DNA of 57,328 nucleotides, taken from positions 1 through 57,328 of the forward strand of contig JAGCJJ010000092.1 in NCBI GenBank assembly GCA_017648065.1, in the 5' to 3' direction. The notes under the pieces are model-generated. The model was not told the origin of the DNA, did no database searches, and saw only the letters and a list, made by a program, of their open reading frames with translations. This stretch comes from Kiritimatiellia bacterium (GTDB lineage: Bacteria > Verrucomicrobiota > Kiritimatiellia > RFP12 > UBA3636). The position numbers were made by a program, and so were the translations under genes. Positions within the stretch are counted from its first letter, which is position 1; each line of letters opens with the position of its first letter. Shown one piece after another: positions 38,147-48,057 of this stretch.

Positions 38147-39124
38147 TTATTTATTAGAAGCGTATGCAATAATATCTTCTGGTGTAGCAGTTGCAGTACC
38201 GAGTTTACCAACAACAAAGCCAGCAGCTGTATTTGCAAAGTGAATTGCATCAAGTATTGAGGCACCTGTTGCAAGAGCTACACTTAATGCTGCTATTACA
38301 GTATCACCAGCTCCAGAAACATCAAATACCTCACGAGCATATGTTGGCACTTTACTTACTACTTCTCCATTTTCTGAAAGAAGCATTCCATCAGCACCTA
38401 ATGTGATAATTAAACTCTTTGGAGAATACTTCTCATAGATACGCTTACATACTAGCTCTGCAGGGAAATCAGTAATCTCATCCTCATTTATTCCTGCCAG
38501 TTTATAAGCTTCTGAACGATTTGGTGTCATTACAGATAAACCAGTATAGCTAATGCTTGGACGAGGCTTAGGGTCTAATGCAATTATTGTTTCAGGGCGA
38601 GCAATACTCTGAATCTGTTTAATTGTTTCTGTAGTAATAATACCCTTTGCATAATCAGAAAGAATAATTGCATCAGCTTCTTTAATTGCAGGAGCAAGCT
38701 TAGTGGCAATGTCATATGGTGTCACTTGGAAGCAATCTGGAGAATCTTCTGAGTCAAGGCGGCATACTTGCTGGCGGCGGCATACAACACGTGTCTTTAC
38801 GATTGTATTCTTCTCCTTTGAGATAGAACCGGGTACTACAACCACGCCTTGATTTGTTATTGTCTGAGTAAGCTTTTCGCCATTATCATCAACACCAATC
38901 CAACCAAATAAATTTGCCTTTGCACCAAGTGTTGCGATATTAAGAGCAACATTTGCGGCACCACCAGCTGTATATGTTTCAGAAGAAACTTTTACAACAG
39001 GTACAGGTGCTTCTGGAGAAATCCTTGATGTATCGCCCCAAATATATTTATCAAGCATCACATCGCCAATTACAAGAAGCTTTACTTCTTTAGCATCATT
39101 TAAAATCTTTTGAATAGCCTGCAT
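38147..39124 (-). CDS. hldA: Heptose 7-phosphate kinase (HldA/RfaE domain I, monofunctional)
   Basis: IGDVMLD.Y..G...RISPEAPVPVV, GGAANVA, SDYAKG, TPNRSEA, DVSGAGDTV, VVGKLGTA. No nucleotidyltransferase domain. Confidence 0.88.
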   Translation of the reverse strand: MQAIQKILNDAKEVKLLVIGDVMLDKYIWGDTSRISPEAPVPVVKVSSETYTAGGAANVALNIATLGAKANLFGWIGVDDNGEKLTQTITNQGVVVVPGSISKEKNTIVKTRVVCRRQQVCRLDSEDSPDCFQVTPYDIATKLAPAIKEADAIILSDYAKGIITTETIKQIQSIARPETIIALDPKPRPSISYTGLSVMTPNRSEAYKLAGINEDEITDFPAELVCKRIYEKYSPKSLIITLGADGMLLSENGEVVSKVPTYAREVFDVSGAGDTVIAALSVALATGASILDAIHFANTAAGFVVGKLGTATATPEDIIAYASNK

Positions 39125-39169
39125 CTATCTACCTTTCAAAAATAAAAATCATAAAATATCTTGTCACAA

Positions 39170-39919
39170 TTATTTGAAAATTACAGTACCAAATTGTGAT
39201 TCATCAATAAATGGAGTCTTTGGATTTCCTGTAAAGTAAAGAGCAGAATCTCTGCGACCTCCATCATCATCGTCCTGAAGAGAAATATTAAATCCGATTT
39301 TCTCTGGGCGAGCTGTTTGACCCATAGCTTCCCACTTAATTAAATATTCATATTGAACAATACCCTGCTCTATATCTGTATGCTGCTTAACTTGCTTTGC
39401 AGCACCCTGCCACAATTTTCCGAAGGAATGTGGGTAGCCAGAAAAATCAGATGTATATGCACCATTGGCAACGATAGAAAATTCACCGCCAAACTTTAAA
39501 TCCTCACCATTGTTTGCACGAGAATTTGTTACGCGATTATAATTTCCATCAATAAAAAATTCACATGCATCATCATCCCATGCAGGAGCGGAATCCTGAC
39601 CTGGCTTTGCTGAGTCTGCAACAATTTTATCATCCTCAACTTTTACTGCAACTAACAGACCTTCGTCGTTATATGCTAATGCAAAAGAGAAAACAAGATC
39701 CTTTTCTCCTTCAAGTGGACGAGTTCCTGCATCAAGCACACCATTGTCTTTTGTAACTTTAATCCAATTAGCATTATCCCAATCGCACAAATCGCCATCG
39801 ACCTTTATTGAGTTATTTTTTTCGGCGCTACACTCTGTTAAATTGGAGATGACAGCACTAGCATTAGCAAAAAATGCCATTGAGAGAATAATTGCGCCTG
39901 TAAATAATTTTTTATTCAT
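39170..39919 (-). CDS. Secreted CBM9/DOMON-like sugar-binding protein
   Basis: Signal peptide; IKVDGDL.DW, L.VAVKVEDD, WDDDACEFFID, YEYLIKW, IGFNISLQDDD. Confidence 0.75.
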   Translation of the reverse strand: MNKKLFTGAIILSMAFFANASAVISNLTECSAEKNNSIKVDGDLCDWDNANWIKVTKDNGVLDAGTRPLEGEKDLVFSFALAYNDEGLLVAVKVEDDKIVADSAKPGQDSAPAWDDDACEFFIDGNYNRVTNSRANNGEDLKFGGEFSIVANGAYTSDFSGYPHSFGKLWQGAAKQVKQHTDIEQGIVQYEYLIKWEAMGQTARPEKIGFNISLQDDDDGGRRDSALYFTGNPKTPFIDESQFGTVIFK

Positions 39920-39930
39920 AATTTATTTCC

Positions 39931-41598
39931 TTATTTTGGAAGTTCAGAAATGATTGATAAAATCAATGGAAGAAATTGTTTTTTACGAGAAAGAACACCT
40001 GGCATCATAAGCACACCATGATCATTCTTCTTAAAGTGTAATGCGCTCGCAATCTGTGGATTACCAGCAAATAGAAGTACAGAATTACCACGAACAGCAT
40101 CTGTAATCATTAAACCAAAGAAATCAAGTTTATCTGCTGTAACGCGTCTCTGCAGTTCAGCATGAAGTTTATCCTTATGTTTGTATACAATTGAAAGATT
40201 TGTTTCTTCAAGCTGGGACAAAGCAAAACGCCAGCCATTTTCATTATAGTCCTTACAGTCAGAATTGATTGCATTATGTGCTGACATAGTTGCCAAAGGT
40301 GAATCAATTTCTAACAAGCGAGCCATTAGCTTATCAGATTTTACACCAGCAAGCTTTTCAAGCCACTTTGCTGTAGTTTTATCCAACTCAGTAGTTGTTG
40401 GAGATTGGAACAAAAGTGTATCTGTTACAATGCCACTAAGAATAAGTCCTGCAGTTGACTTTGATGGTTCAATGCCTGCATTCTTAAACATATTTGCAAC
40501 GATTGTACATGTACTGCCAACAACATCGCAAGTATAACGGATAGGCTCAACCGTTGGGCGCATTCCAATGCGATGGTGATCTACGACCTCTACAATTGGA
40601 AGCTCCTCTGCTCCAGGAATTGCTTGAGAAAGCTCGTTATGATCCACAAAAATCATTTTCATTGGAGGTGGTGCAGTCAAATTTGCTTTTGCCACAATTC
40701 CTATAAGCTTTCCATCATGATCACAAACTGGGCATTGAGCAGTAGTAGCTGCCATAACCTTGTATTTTATGTCATGCACCATATCATTAGGAGAAAGAAC
40801 AACAGCATCTGAGCGCAGTGTTATATTACGCACTGGCGTACTGAATTTTACGCGACGTATTACTGTGGCAGAGTCATATTTCGTTCTAAGGATTGTAACG
40901 CCTTTAACATTTGCCAATTCTATTACTGCTTTTTCAACAGGACAATTTCCTGTGATGATTATAAGCTTAATATCATTTTGTAAAACGCGCAAATGAATTT
41001 CTGGTCTGTCACCAACAATAACAACAGGCTCATGATCAGGAGCCGCCTTAACATGTTTGTCAAAGAACTCAAGGCTCATCGCTGCGACAAACATATCATA
41101 TGTCTTAAGCTCAGAATTTATCTCTCCACTTAGAAATTCTGCTTTAAGAGTATTTGCAATTTTTTTAATCGAAGAAACAACGGATCGACCAGTCAAGCTG
41201 CTATCTGATTTTGAATCAATATTAAGCAACTCTGAAATAAGATTTACAGGACTTAAGATTCCAAGAAAAGTTCCATCCTTTTCAATTACAGGAATTGTTG
41301 TCTTATCAAATTTTCTTAATGCAGCAACTGCATCAAGAACTGTTTTACTTCCGTAGATTGATGCATAATCTGTATTCATTACATCACGAACACGAAGATA
41401 CACATCATTTCTACGGCGAATTGGTTTCACCTTAAATTCATTAAATAGCCATGCTGCCTTGCCAGGCATTAAACCAGGGCAAATGGCTTCAACTCCTTTT
41501 TCGCCTTGTAGCTGCTTCAATTCAGCCAAGGCATATGCTGACATAATACTGTCAACATCAGGATTTTTATGACCACTAATTACTATTTTTGAATTCAT
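39931..41598 (-). CDS. ppaC: Family II Mn-dependent inorganic pyrophosphatase with CBS-DRTGG insert (ATG at 41598)
   Basis: GHKNPDVDS, CBS pair flanking a DRTGG-type region (VIVGDR), VDHNE, VDHHR, VGSTCTIV, DTLLF.SPTTT, GVLSRKKQ. Confidence 0.92.
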   Translation of the reverse strand: MNSKIVISGHKNPDVDSIMSAYALAELKQLQGEKGVEAICPGLMPGKAAWLFNEFKVKPIRRRNDVYLRVRDVMNTDYASIYGSKTVLDAVAALRKFDKTTIPVIEKDGTFLGILSPVNLISELLNIDSKSDSSLTGRSVVSSIKKIANTLKAEFLSGEINSELKTYDMFVAAMSLEFFDKHVKAAPDHEPVVIVGDRPEIHLRVLQNDIKLIIITGNCPVEKAVIELANVKGVTILRTKYDSATVIRRVKFSTPVRNITLRSDAVVLSPNDMVHDIKYKVMAATTAQCPVCDHDGKLIGIVAKANLTAPPPMKMIFVDHNELSQAIPGAEELPIVEVVDHHRIGMRPTVEPIRYTCDVVGSTCTIVANMFKNAGIEPSKSTAGLILSGIVTDTLLFQSPTTTELDKTTAKWLEKLAGVKSDKLMARLLEIDSPLATMSAHNAINSDCKDYNENGWRFALSQLEETNLSIVYKHKDKLHAELQRRVTADKLDFFGLMITDAVRGNSVLLFAGNPQIASALHFKKNDHGVLMMPGVLSRKKQFLPLILSIISELPK

Positions 41599-41650
41599 AA
41601 TGAAATAATTCCTATTCAAGAATCTTTGAGACAGAACCTACTATACAAAA

Positions 41651-43312
41651 TTAAATCTTGTAAAGGAATCTCTTAATCTTAAGAGTTGTTGTTTTCTCAA
41701 AAGGTTCCATACGAATAATGATACGACGAGGATGCTTATATGTAGAGATTGCCTTTACTGCATTCAATACCTCTTCGCGGCACTTATTAGTAATCTCTTC
41801 TTCTGTATATGACTGATTATTTTCTTTATGCTCAGCAAAATAATCAAGATTTGGAACAACGATTACACCAACTCGTTCACCCTTTTCGCCTTCCTCGCTA
41901 TAACCTAAAACGAGAGACTCAAGAATCCATGGACTTGCAGCAATTGTACCTTCAACCTCCTCAGGATAAATATTCTTGCCTTCGCGATTAACAATCATGC
42001 ACTTCTTACGTCCTGTGATTGTAATATATCCATCCTTGTCCATCTTACCAAGGTCACCAGTCATAAACCAATCACCATCCATGCAAGCAGCTGTTGCAGC
42101 ATCATTTTTGAAATAGCCTTGCATTACGATTGGTCCTTTAATTTGGATTTCGCCAATACCCTCTTCATTTGGCTCAGCAATACGAGCCTCGCAATTAGGA
42201 AGTGCTTTACCAACAGAACCAAAGCGAATATCTTGCTCAGGTGTTAATGCGCAAATTGGAGAAGTTTCTGTCAGGCCATAGCCTTCCATAATACCAATGC
42301 CAAGCTTTGTGAAGCCTTTCATTACTGCAACATCTGTAGCAGCACCACCACAAATGATTAAGCGCAGCTTACCACCAAGTCCTTCCTTTACCTTCTTGCC
42401 GATTACCTTACCTAAGCCTAGCTTCATTAGTAGCATTGCTGCCTTGCTCTTCTTAAGCTTTGCATAAATTCCATTGTACATTTTCTCTGCTAGCAATGGC
42501 ACTGCAAGAAGAATTGTTGGAGATACCTCGCGCATATTTTCTGCAACAGTGCGAAGATTTTCAACCATACTGATTTCACAACGGCGGCATAGTGGCACAA
42601 GGAAGTTTGCTGAAAATGCAAAGCCATGGTGCAATGGAAGCACAAGCAAGAAATTATCATGCTCATAAACATGGAAATATTGCAAAGCGCCCTCTAGCTG
42701 AGTTGTGAAATTACCATGTGTAAGCATTGCGCCCTTTGGGTAACCCGTTGTACCTGATGTATAAATAATTGAAGCAATATCTGACTCGCTAGGAACATTG
42801 CTATCAAAGAATGAACCTGGTAGTGCTGCTGCTTCCTGTACACTATCCATCAGCTTAACGAAATCATGAGCAAAAACATGACCAATCTTAGCATCTTCAG
42901 AAACTACGTTATCAAGAATTACTACATGCTTAAGCTCAGGCAAATCATCAGCAATTGTATTTAGCAATGGCCATAGCTTTCCTGAAGCAAATACAACATA
43001 TGTCTCTGAGTCGCGTAGGATATAAGAAACCTCTTTCTCCTGCAAGCGAGCATCAATAGGAACTACCTCAACACCAATAGTTGCCAAACCCAAATATGTA
43101 ATTAACCATTCTGGGCGATTCTCCATTATAACAGCCGCTCTAAAACCAGGCTTTACTTCAAGCTTATTTGCTGCCTCTGAAACAATTCTGCTACGCTTGT
43201 ATAGTTCAACAAAGCTCCAAGAATGCCACTGTCCATGAGACTTCCAACGAACAAATGGGCGATTACCTGCCTTATCATTTGCATCCTGTAAATATGTACG
43301 AATTGTAGCCAT
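41651..43312 (-). CDS. Long-chain acyl-CoA synthetase (AMP-dependent ligase)
   Basis: IIYTSGTTGYPKGAMLTH, LPLHH, EGYGLTETSP, GPIVMQGY, TGDLG, GRKK...GKNIYPEE. Confidence 0.9.
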   Translation of the reverse strand: MATIRTYLQDANDKAGNRPFVRWKSHGQWHSWSFVELYKRSRIVSEAANKLEVKPGFRAAVIMENRPEWLITYLGLATIGVEVVPIDARLQEKEVSYILRDSETYVVFASGKLWPLLNTIADDLPELKHVVILDNVVSEDAKIGHVFAHDFVKLMDSVQEAAALPGSFFDSNVPSESDIASIIYTSGTTGYPKGAMLTHGNFTTQLEGALQYFHVYEHDNFLLVLPLHHGFAFSANFLVPLCRRCEISMVENLRTVAENMREVSPTILLAVPLLAEKMYNGIYAKLKKSKAAMLLMKLGLGKVIGKKVKEGLGGKLRLIICGGAATDVAVMKGFTKLGIGIMEGYGLTETSPICALTPEQDIRFGSVGKALPNCEARIAEPNEEGIGEIQIKGPIVMQGYFKNDAATAACMDGDWFMTGDLGKMDKDGYITITGRKKCMIVNREGKNIYPEEVEGTIAASPWILESLVLGYSEEGEKGERVGVIVVPNLDYFAEHKENNQSYTEEEITNKCREEVLNAVKAISTYKHPRRIIIRMEPFEKTTTLKIKRFLYKI

Positions 43313-43361
43313 AGTCTAATCTCCTATCAGAATTATAGATTAAATTTGTTTTGCAAAAAAA

Positions 43362-44486
43362 TTATGCGAGACTCTCGCGATCCTCAATCCATGTTTGCAT
43401 TTCACGAACAGTCTCTTCCCAGCGCTCTTCATTCTTAAGTATCTCAAGAAATTCATCGAACAGGCTATAAAATGCATCTACAAAGAATGAAAAATGCTGT
43501 AGTTTCTCAACTAAGCGACCACGCTCATCTGTTCCCTCCTCTGCGCGAGGAACCTTAACAGTACGAAATGCGAAAGTTTGTGCATCAATTGAAGCAGACC
43601 ATTGATGATTCTCATCAAGAATAAAAGCAACATTTGCACGTGCGAGCTTCTTACCAGAAAGTAGTGCTGTTTTTGCTTCGCTACTTAAAATTGGAGTACC
43701 CTTGCGTAGGCTTGTTTCATAAGAGCCTGCACCCTCATTATTCAAGAATGTAATTGGATCAGCAAATGCCAATGCATATGAAATATTTGGATCATGCTTT
43801 CCATTTGTAACTCTAAAAGTATGATCTTTTACTTCTGAACGGAAAAGAAGCCAAGTCATAAAATCCAAACCTAAGCCACTCTTATCGGGAATAGCAGATG
43901 AATCTGGAGAAAATGTAACTGCACCAAAAGAATCATAAGTAAGGCCTGCACGCTTGAATGCAAGAAGCTCAGGAATCATTGGAATAAGCTTTGCTTGGCT
44001 TGTATGTGTAAATGCTGCTTCAAATGCATCCTTTTGCTTTGGACCACGGCATTCAGCAAAAACGCGCTTATTACGGCAATCTGTTGCCACATCAAGATTA
44101 GTTAGTGTTGGAGGCATCTGCTCAAGCAATTCCTCATGAACATGTGCTTTTATTTCTGCATGCTGCTGTTTATTGATTGAAGTCAAATTTTGATCCTTCA
44201 TAAACTGGTATTCAGAAAGCTTCACAATTGATTTCAAAAGTTTGCTTGGCACCTTCTTCTCTGCCTTTAACAAAGAACCACAGAACCAACCATTAATAAA
44301 CATTGTTTCTTCTGAAATTTCTCTATCAAGCAAAAATCTTGCGGTTGTCCAACCAAAGATAGGAGTCTCACGAAGAGAGTCAAGTGTAGGACATTGACCT
44401 TCCTTAACAAGCTCCAGAATATCTGTTGTAATTTCTGCTTCTGTTTCATATACCTGAAACGAATTTGACGAACCATCAAAAATCAT
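43362..44486 (-). CDS. RdgC-like (recombination-associated) DNA-binding protein, long form
   Basis: GW...LL, EKKVP..L, EIK......LL...P, GLDFMTWL, EAKTAL..GKKL motifs resemble RdgC-family proteins (recalled, not searched). Confidence 0.6.
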   Translation of the reverse strand: MIFDGSSNSFQVYETEAEITTDILELVKEGQCPTLDSLRETPIFGWTTARFLLDREISEETMFINGWFCGSLLKAEKKVPSKLLKSIVKLSEYQFMKDQNLTSINKQQHAEIKAHVHEELLEQMPPTLTNLDVATDCRNKRVFAECRGPKQKDAFEAAFTHTSQAKLIPMIPELLAFKRAGLTYDSFGAVTFSPDSSAIPDKSGLGLDFMTWLLFRSEVKDHTFRVTNGKHDPNISYALAFADPITFLNNEGAGSYETSLRKGTPILSSEAKTALLSGKKLARANVAFILDENHQWSASIDAQTFAFRTVKVPRAEEGTDERGRLVEKLQHFSFFVDAFYSLFDEFLEILKNEERWEETVREMQTWIEDRESLA

Positions 44487-44518
44487 AATTACTCCTTAAA
44501 AATAAAAATTAAAATCGA

Positions 44519-46858
44519 TTAGTTTTTATAATAAAGCACAATTTGCTTTCTATCCTTACGAACATCAAGCACCCAGCGACTTGCATCCATTGAAGGATCA
44601 AGCTTTATATTATCAATGCTTTTACATTCACCCTTCCATGCAAGTACAGGATATTGACCAGGCTTTGCACGCTCTGCATTTACCACCTTAATACATGCAC
44701 CTTCACCAAATGTTACGTTCTTATTAACAAGCAAAGGTTTTGGAGCAGAAGCTAAATCTAACTCAATTAAATTCTTTGCATTAACAGTCAAATTTTCAAT
44801 CAATGCATTACCACCGGCAAGCACAAGTGCATTACCAGTATTGTTATTGCAATTCTTCTCTGCTCCAATAATAATTGAAGCAACTCCTGTCAATTCACTA
44901 TATGGGCCAAGTATAAAGCGATTATCCTGTGCATGACGATTATTGCTCTGGCTATAGCCAATATAAATATTTTGATTATCCATCTTAAGAATAGTCTTTG
45001 CCTTTGATGTACCACGCATTTCAAAAACATTATCGCGAATACTTTGATTATCGCTATTATTATTCTTACCAACGATAATTGATTGCTCTTGACGCATCAT
45101 GCTTCCAGAAAGCAATCTAAATCTATTTGTAACAGCAGGACGTCCAACTCCATTACCAACAATAATCTGAGACTTTGATAGAACCCTTGCACCATCTTGA
45201 ACTACGATTGAATTTCCTTGAGCAGTTGAAGAGCCTGCATTTCCAACAATTGTGGTATCGCCTGTACTCTCCCATGCTGAGCCGGCACCACTGATAATAA
45301 GCTTATTATCTACTGCATGTGAAGTATTATGAGTGCGAGATGCATGACCGATTACTGCTCCCTTTGAGCGAAGCTTACCACCCTTGATTACACGAACAAC
45401 AACATTACTTACTGGACAATTTTCTGATTTATGAGCTGATGATGTTTGTCCTACATACATTCGTGGTGTAGAATTTAAAACTGCGCCATTAGAAACTGTA
45501 ATTGTGACATTTGTTGTAGGATTTCCCCAATCAGTATATCCGATTGTTAAATCATCTGCTGTTACATTGAGGCGGGTATCCTTGCCTGTAATAACTGCTG
45601 TTGAGCAGCTGCCTCTGAAACCAAACCATAATAGACGTGTTTCTAGCTTTGCTCCATCGCTCAAAATCAACTTAGAATGCTTAGAGCCGTCGGTTGGAAT
45701 TTGAAGCTTGTTAATGCCAATAATTTGAGAATTACCTAGCACCTCAATTGTATTGCTTCCTTTACTGAAAAGGTCACCCCAACCACCGCGAACACCAAGA
45801 AGCAAATCGTTATTATTTAAATTAATTGTTGTTGGAGAATCCTTTGTACCACCTGTCAAACGCAGAGTTACATTACTGCAACCAATCTGGCCAAGATTTC
45901 TATCTGCAACACCAACATACATTCCCTTGCAGCTTACCTCTGCGCCATTAGCAAATTCGAAAGTATATCTTTCTCCATCCCATGCATTAAATAAACGGAT
46001 GTGACCAACATTTGAAAAAATACCACCATCTAGCTTAAAGCCTTTTGAAAATAATGCAATTGGACGATTTTGAAAATCAACCATAGATGGCTCACCTGCA
46101 TCATTAACTCCAGAGACATCAAATTTATGACGAATAAAAAATATATCATTTTTATTTGTGCTGCAAACCTTTATCTGAGATCCCTTAACGATTGAGAATG
46201 AAGATGCATAGTTTGTTGAAAAGCTATTTTCATTTAGGATGCTGCCAGTAACATTTGAAAGAGTAACATCACCTTGGTTAAAAGAAAGCGACTTTAAATC
46301 AACAACACCATCAGCAATAGTTAAACTCTTAGGACCATGCTTATTGATACGGAATTGAGATCCATCAGCACCGCCTTTTAGAACAACATCACCATTGATT
46401 GTATCAATGGTTGTATCCCATCCAATACGAAGACGTTTCCCTTCCAAAGTTTGAGTATTTGAAGAGTGATTTTCAATTATGCCTTTAGAAAAAATATTTT
46501 CCAGAATGTAACCATCATCTTTATTTTCATTTACTGAGCCACCAATTGAAAGAATTGGTGCAGAAACAGTGAATGGTCCTGCATTTGTTGGGTAAAGAAA
46601 AGTACCTGCACGAAATTCAAAATCTTCGCCACCAAATCCAAAACGCTTTCCTTCTTCTGAATCAAACGAAATAGCTGATGAAAAAGCGAAAAAACTAGGA
46701 TTATTCTGTTCATGCCAATTTGTTTTGTCTGTCCATTTGGGAGATGTGCCACCACCTAACCAACGATGTATAATAACACCATCAGCATCTCCTTTTGCAA
46801 CTAAACTTGTCATCCAAGTAATGGACAAACCAAGTACACATAAAATAAAGCTTCTCAT
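44519..46858 (-). CDS. Secreted passenger-like beta-helix protein
   Basis: Signal peptide; W.GG....W....NW motif; K.G...LTI strand; about 10 rungs of the type '.VG......N...V..GA'. No C-terminal beta-barrel. Confidence 0.7.
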   Translation of the reverse strand: MRSFILCVLGLSITWMTSLVAKGDADGVIIHRWLGGGTSPKWTDKTNWHEQNNPSFFAFSSAISFDSEEGKRFGFGGEDFEFRAGTFLYPTNAGPFTVSAPILSIGGSVNENKDDGYILENIFSKGIIENHSSNTQTLEGKRLRIGWDTTIDTINGDVVLKGGADGSQFRINKHGPKSLTIADGVVDLKSLSFNQGDVTLSNVTGSILNENSFSTNYASSFSIVKGSQIKVCSTNKNDIFFIRHKFDVSGVNDAGEPSMVDFQNRPIALFSKGFKLDGGIFSNVGHIRLFNAWDGERYTFEFANGAEVSCKGMYVGVADRNLGQIGCSNVTLRLTGGTKDSPTTINLNNNDLLLGVRGGWGDLFSKGSNTIEVLGNSQIIGINKLQIPTDGSKHSKLILSDGAKLETRLLWFGFRGSCSTAVITGKDTRLNVTADDLTIGYTDWGNPTTNVTITVSNGAVLNSTPRMYVGQTSSAHKSENCPVSNVVVRVIKGGKLRSKGAVIGHASRTHNTSHAVDNKLIISGAGSAWESTGDTTIVGNAGSSTAQGNSIVVQDGARVLSKSQIIVGNGVGRPAVTNRFRLLSGSMMRQEQSIIVGKNNNSDNQSIRDNVFEMRGTSKAKTILKMDNQNIYIGYSQSNNRHAQDNRFILGPYSELTGVASIIIGAEKNCNNNTGNALVLAGGNALIENLTVNAKNLIELDLASAPKPLLVNKNVTFGEGACIKVVNAERAKPGQYPVLAWKGECKSIDNIKLDPSMDASRWVLDVRKDRKQIVLYYKN

Positions 46859-47065
46859 TACATTACACCAAAAAATTCTATCAAATAAAATACCCCTAAC
46901 TTATATATATAAAGTATAGCAAAATATCACTCTATAAGCAACTTAAAAGCAAATAACGTTAAACGCAAATTTGACAATTTGAAGTATATGTATTAATTCA
47001 CTTTTTATTAAGGGTTGACCCACAACAACCTAATTCTACAAACACCTGGAATTGCAACGGAAATA

Positions 47066-47089
47066 TAGCATGGAATACATCACATGCTA
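47066..47089 (-). terminator. Possible terminator after the OppD-type gene
   Basis: tagcatg / catgcta inverted repeat 11 nt past the stop codon, followed by a short T-rich tail on the minus strand. Confidence 0.4.
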
Positions 47090-47100
47090 CAACTCAAATT

Positions 47101-48057
47101 TTAATTTAAATTAGTATTGCACTCAACAAAATGTGTTTGTGTAACCATATTAACATTAGGTATTTGACACTTAAATCCGCAATCCCTTGAACTTGAACAC
47201 CGTTCAAAAAATGCACATCCCTCCCATTCGCCTGGAGGAGGCACTCGTCCTGGAATAGTTTGAAGCTCAGCAATGGTCGTCCCTTTTATAGACGGCACAG
47301 CCTTCAGCAAGCCTTGTGTGTACGGATGAAGTGGATTTTCTAAAATTTCTGAAACTTTTCCTGATTCTACAACTCTGCCACCATACATTACTGCGGCATA
47401 TTCAGAATATTTTGCAACTAGGCCCAAATTATGAGTAATAAAAAGAATTGAAAGACCTAGTTTTACACGAAGTTCTGACAAAAGCTCTAGCAACCTTTGC
47501 TGCATAATAACATCAAGAGCAGTTGTTGGTTCATCTGCAATTAACAATCTAGGCCTAGAAAGCATTGCCATCGCGATACATACTCGTTGAGCCATTCCAC
47601 CACTCAATTCACAAGGGAATGCATTTAAAATACGTTTCTCAAGCCCAACAGACTGTAAAAGTTTTGATAGCTCATACTCACAAGATTTCTTTGGTCCTCT
47701 GTAAACTTCTAATAATTGGTTTTTTACTCTAAGCACAGGATTTAATGCAGAAATTGGATCTTGAAAGATATATGCAATACCACCCTCGCCTCGCAATTCT
47801 CTTAATTCATTAGAACCTAAATTTAATATAGATTTACCTGCAAATAGCACCTCTCCTGAAAGCTTTGCTTGATTAAAAGGAGGTAACTGAGTCAGACTCA
47901 TAGATGTAACACTTTTACCGCATCCACTCTCTCCTACTAAGCTATAAAAACTGCCCTCGGGTATATTAAAACTTACGCCACGAACAAGCTCAAGAGGCTT
48001 TTTATCTTTTATTACACTCACATGTAAATCACGAACCTCCAATATGTTACAACTCAT
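47101..48057 (-). CDS. Peptide ABC transporter ATP-binding subunit (OppD/DppD type; ATG at 48057)
   Basis: GESGCGKSVT, IFQDPISALNP, ELSGGMAQRV, ADEPTTALDV, THNLG, HPYTQGLL, C-terminal Cys cluster (GCAF..RC...C). ATGA overlap with the gluQ stop codon. Confidence 0.9.
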   Translation of the reverse strand: MSCNILEVRDLHVSVIKDKKPLELVRGVSFNIPEGSFYSLVGESGCGKSVTSMSLTQLPPFNQAKLSGEVLFAGKSILNLGSNELRELRGEGGIAYIFQDPISALNPVLRVKNQLLEVYRGPKKSCEYELSKLLQSVGLEKRILNAFPCELSGGMAQRVCIAMAMLSRPRLLIADEPTTALDVIMQQRLLELLSELRVKLGLSILFITHNLGLVAKYSEYAAVMYGGRVVESGKVSEILENPLHPYTQGLLKAVPSIKGTTIAELQTIPGRVPPPGEWEGCAFFERCSSSRDCGFKCQIPNVNMVTQTHFVECNTNLN

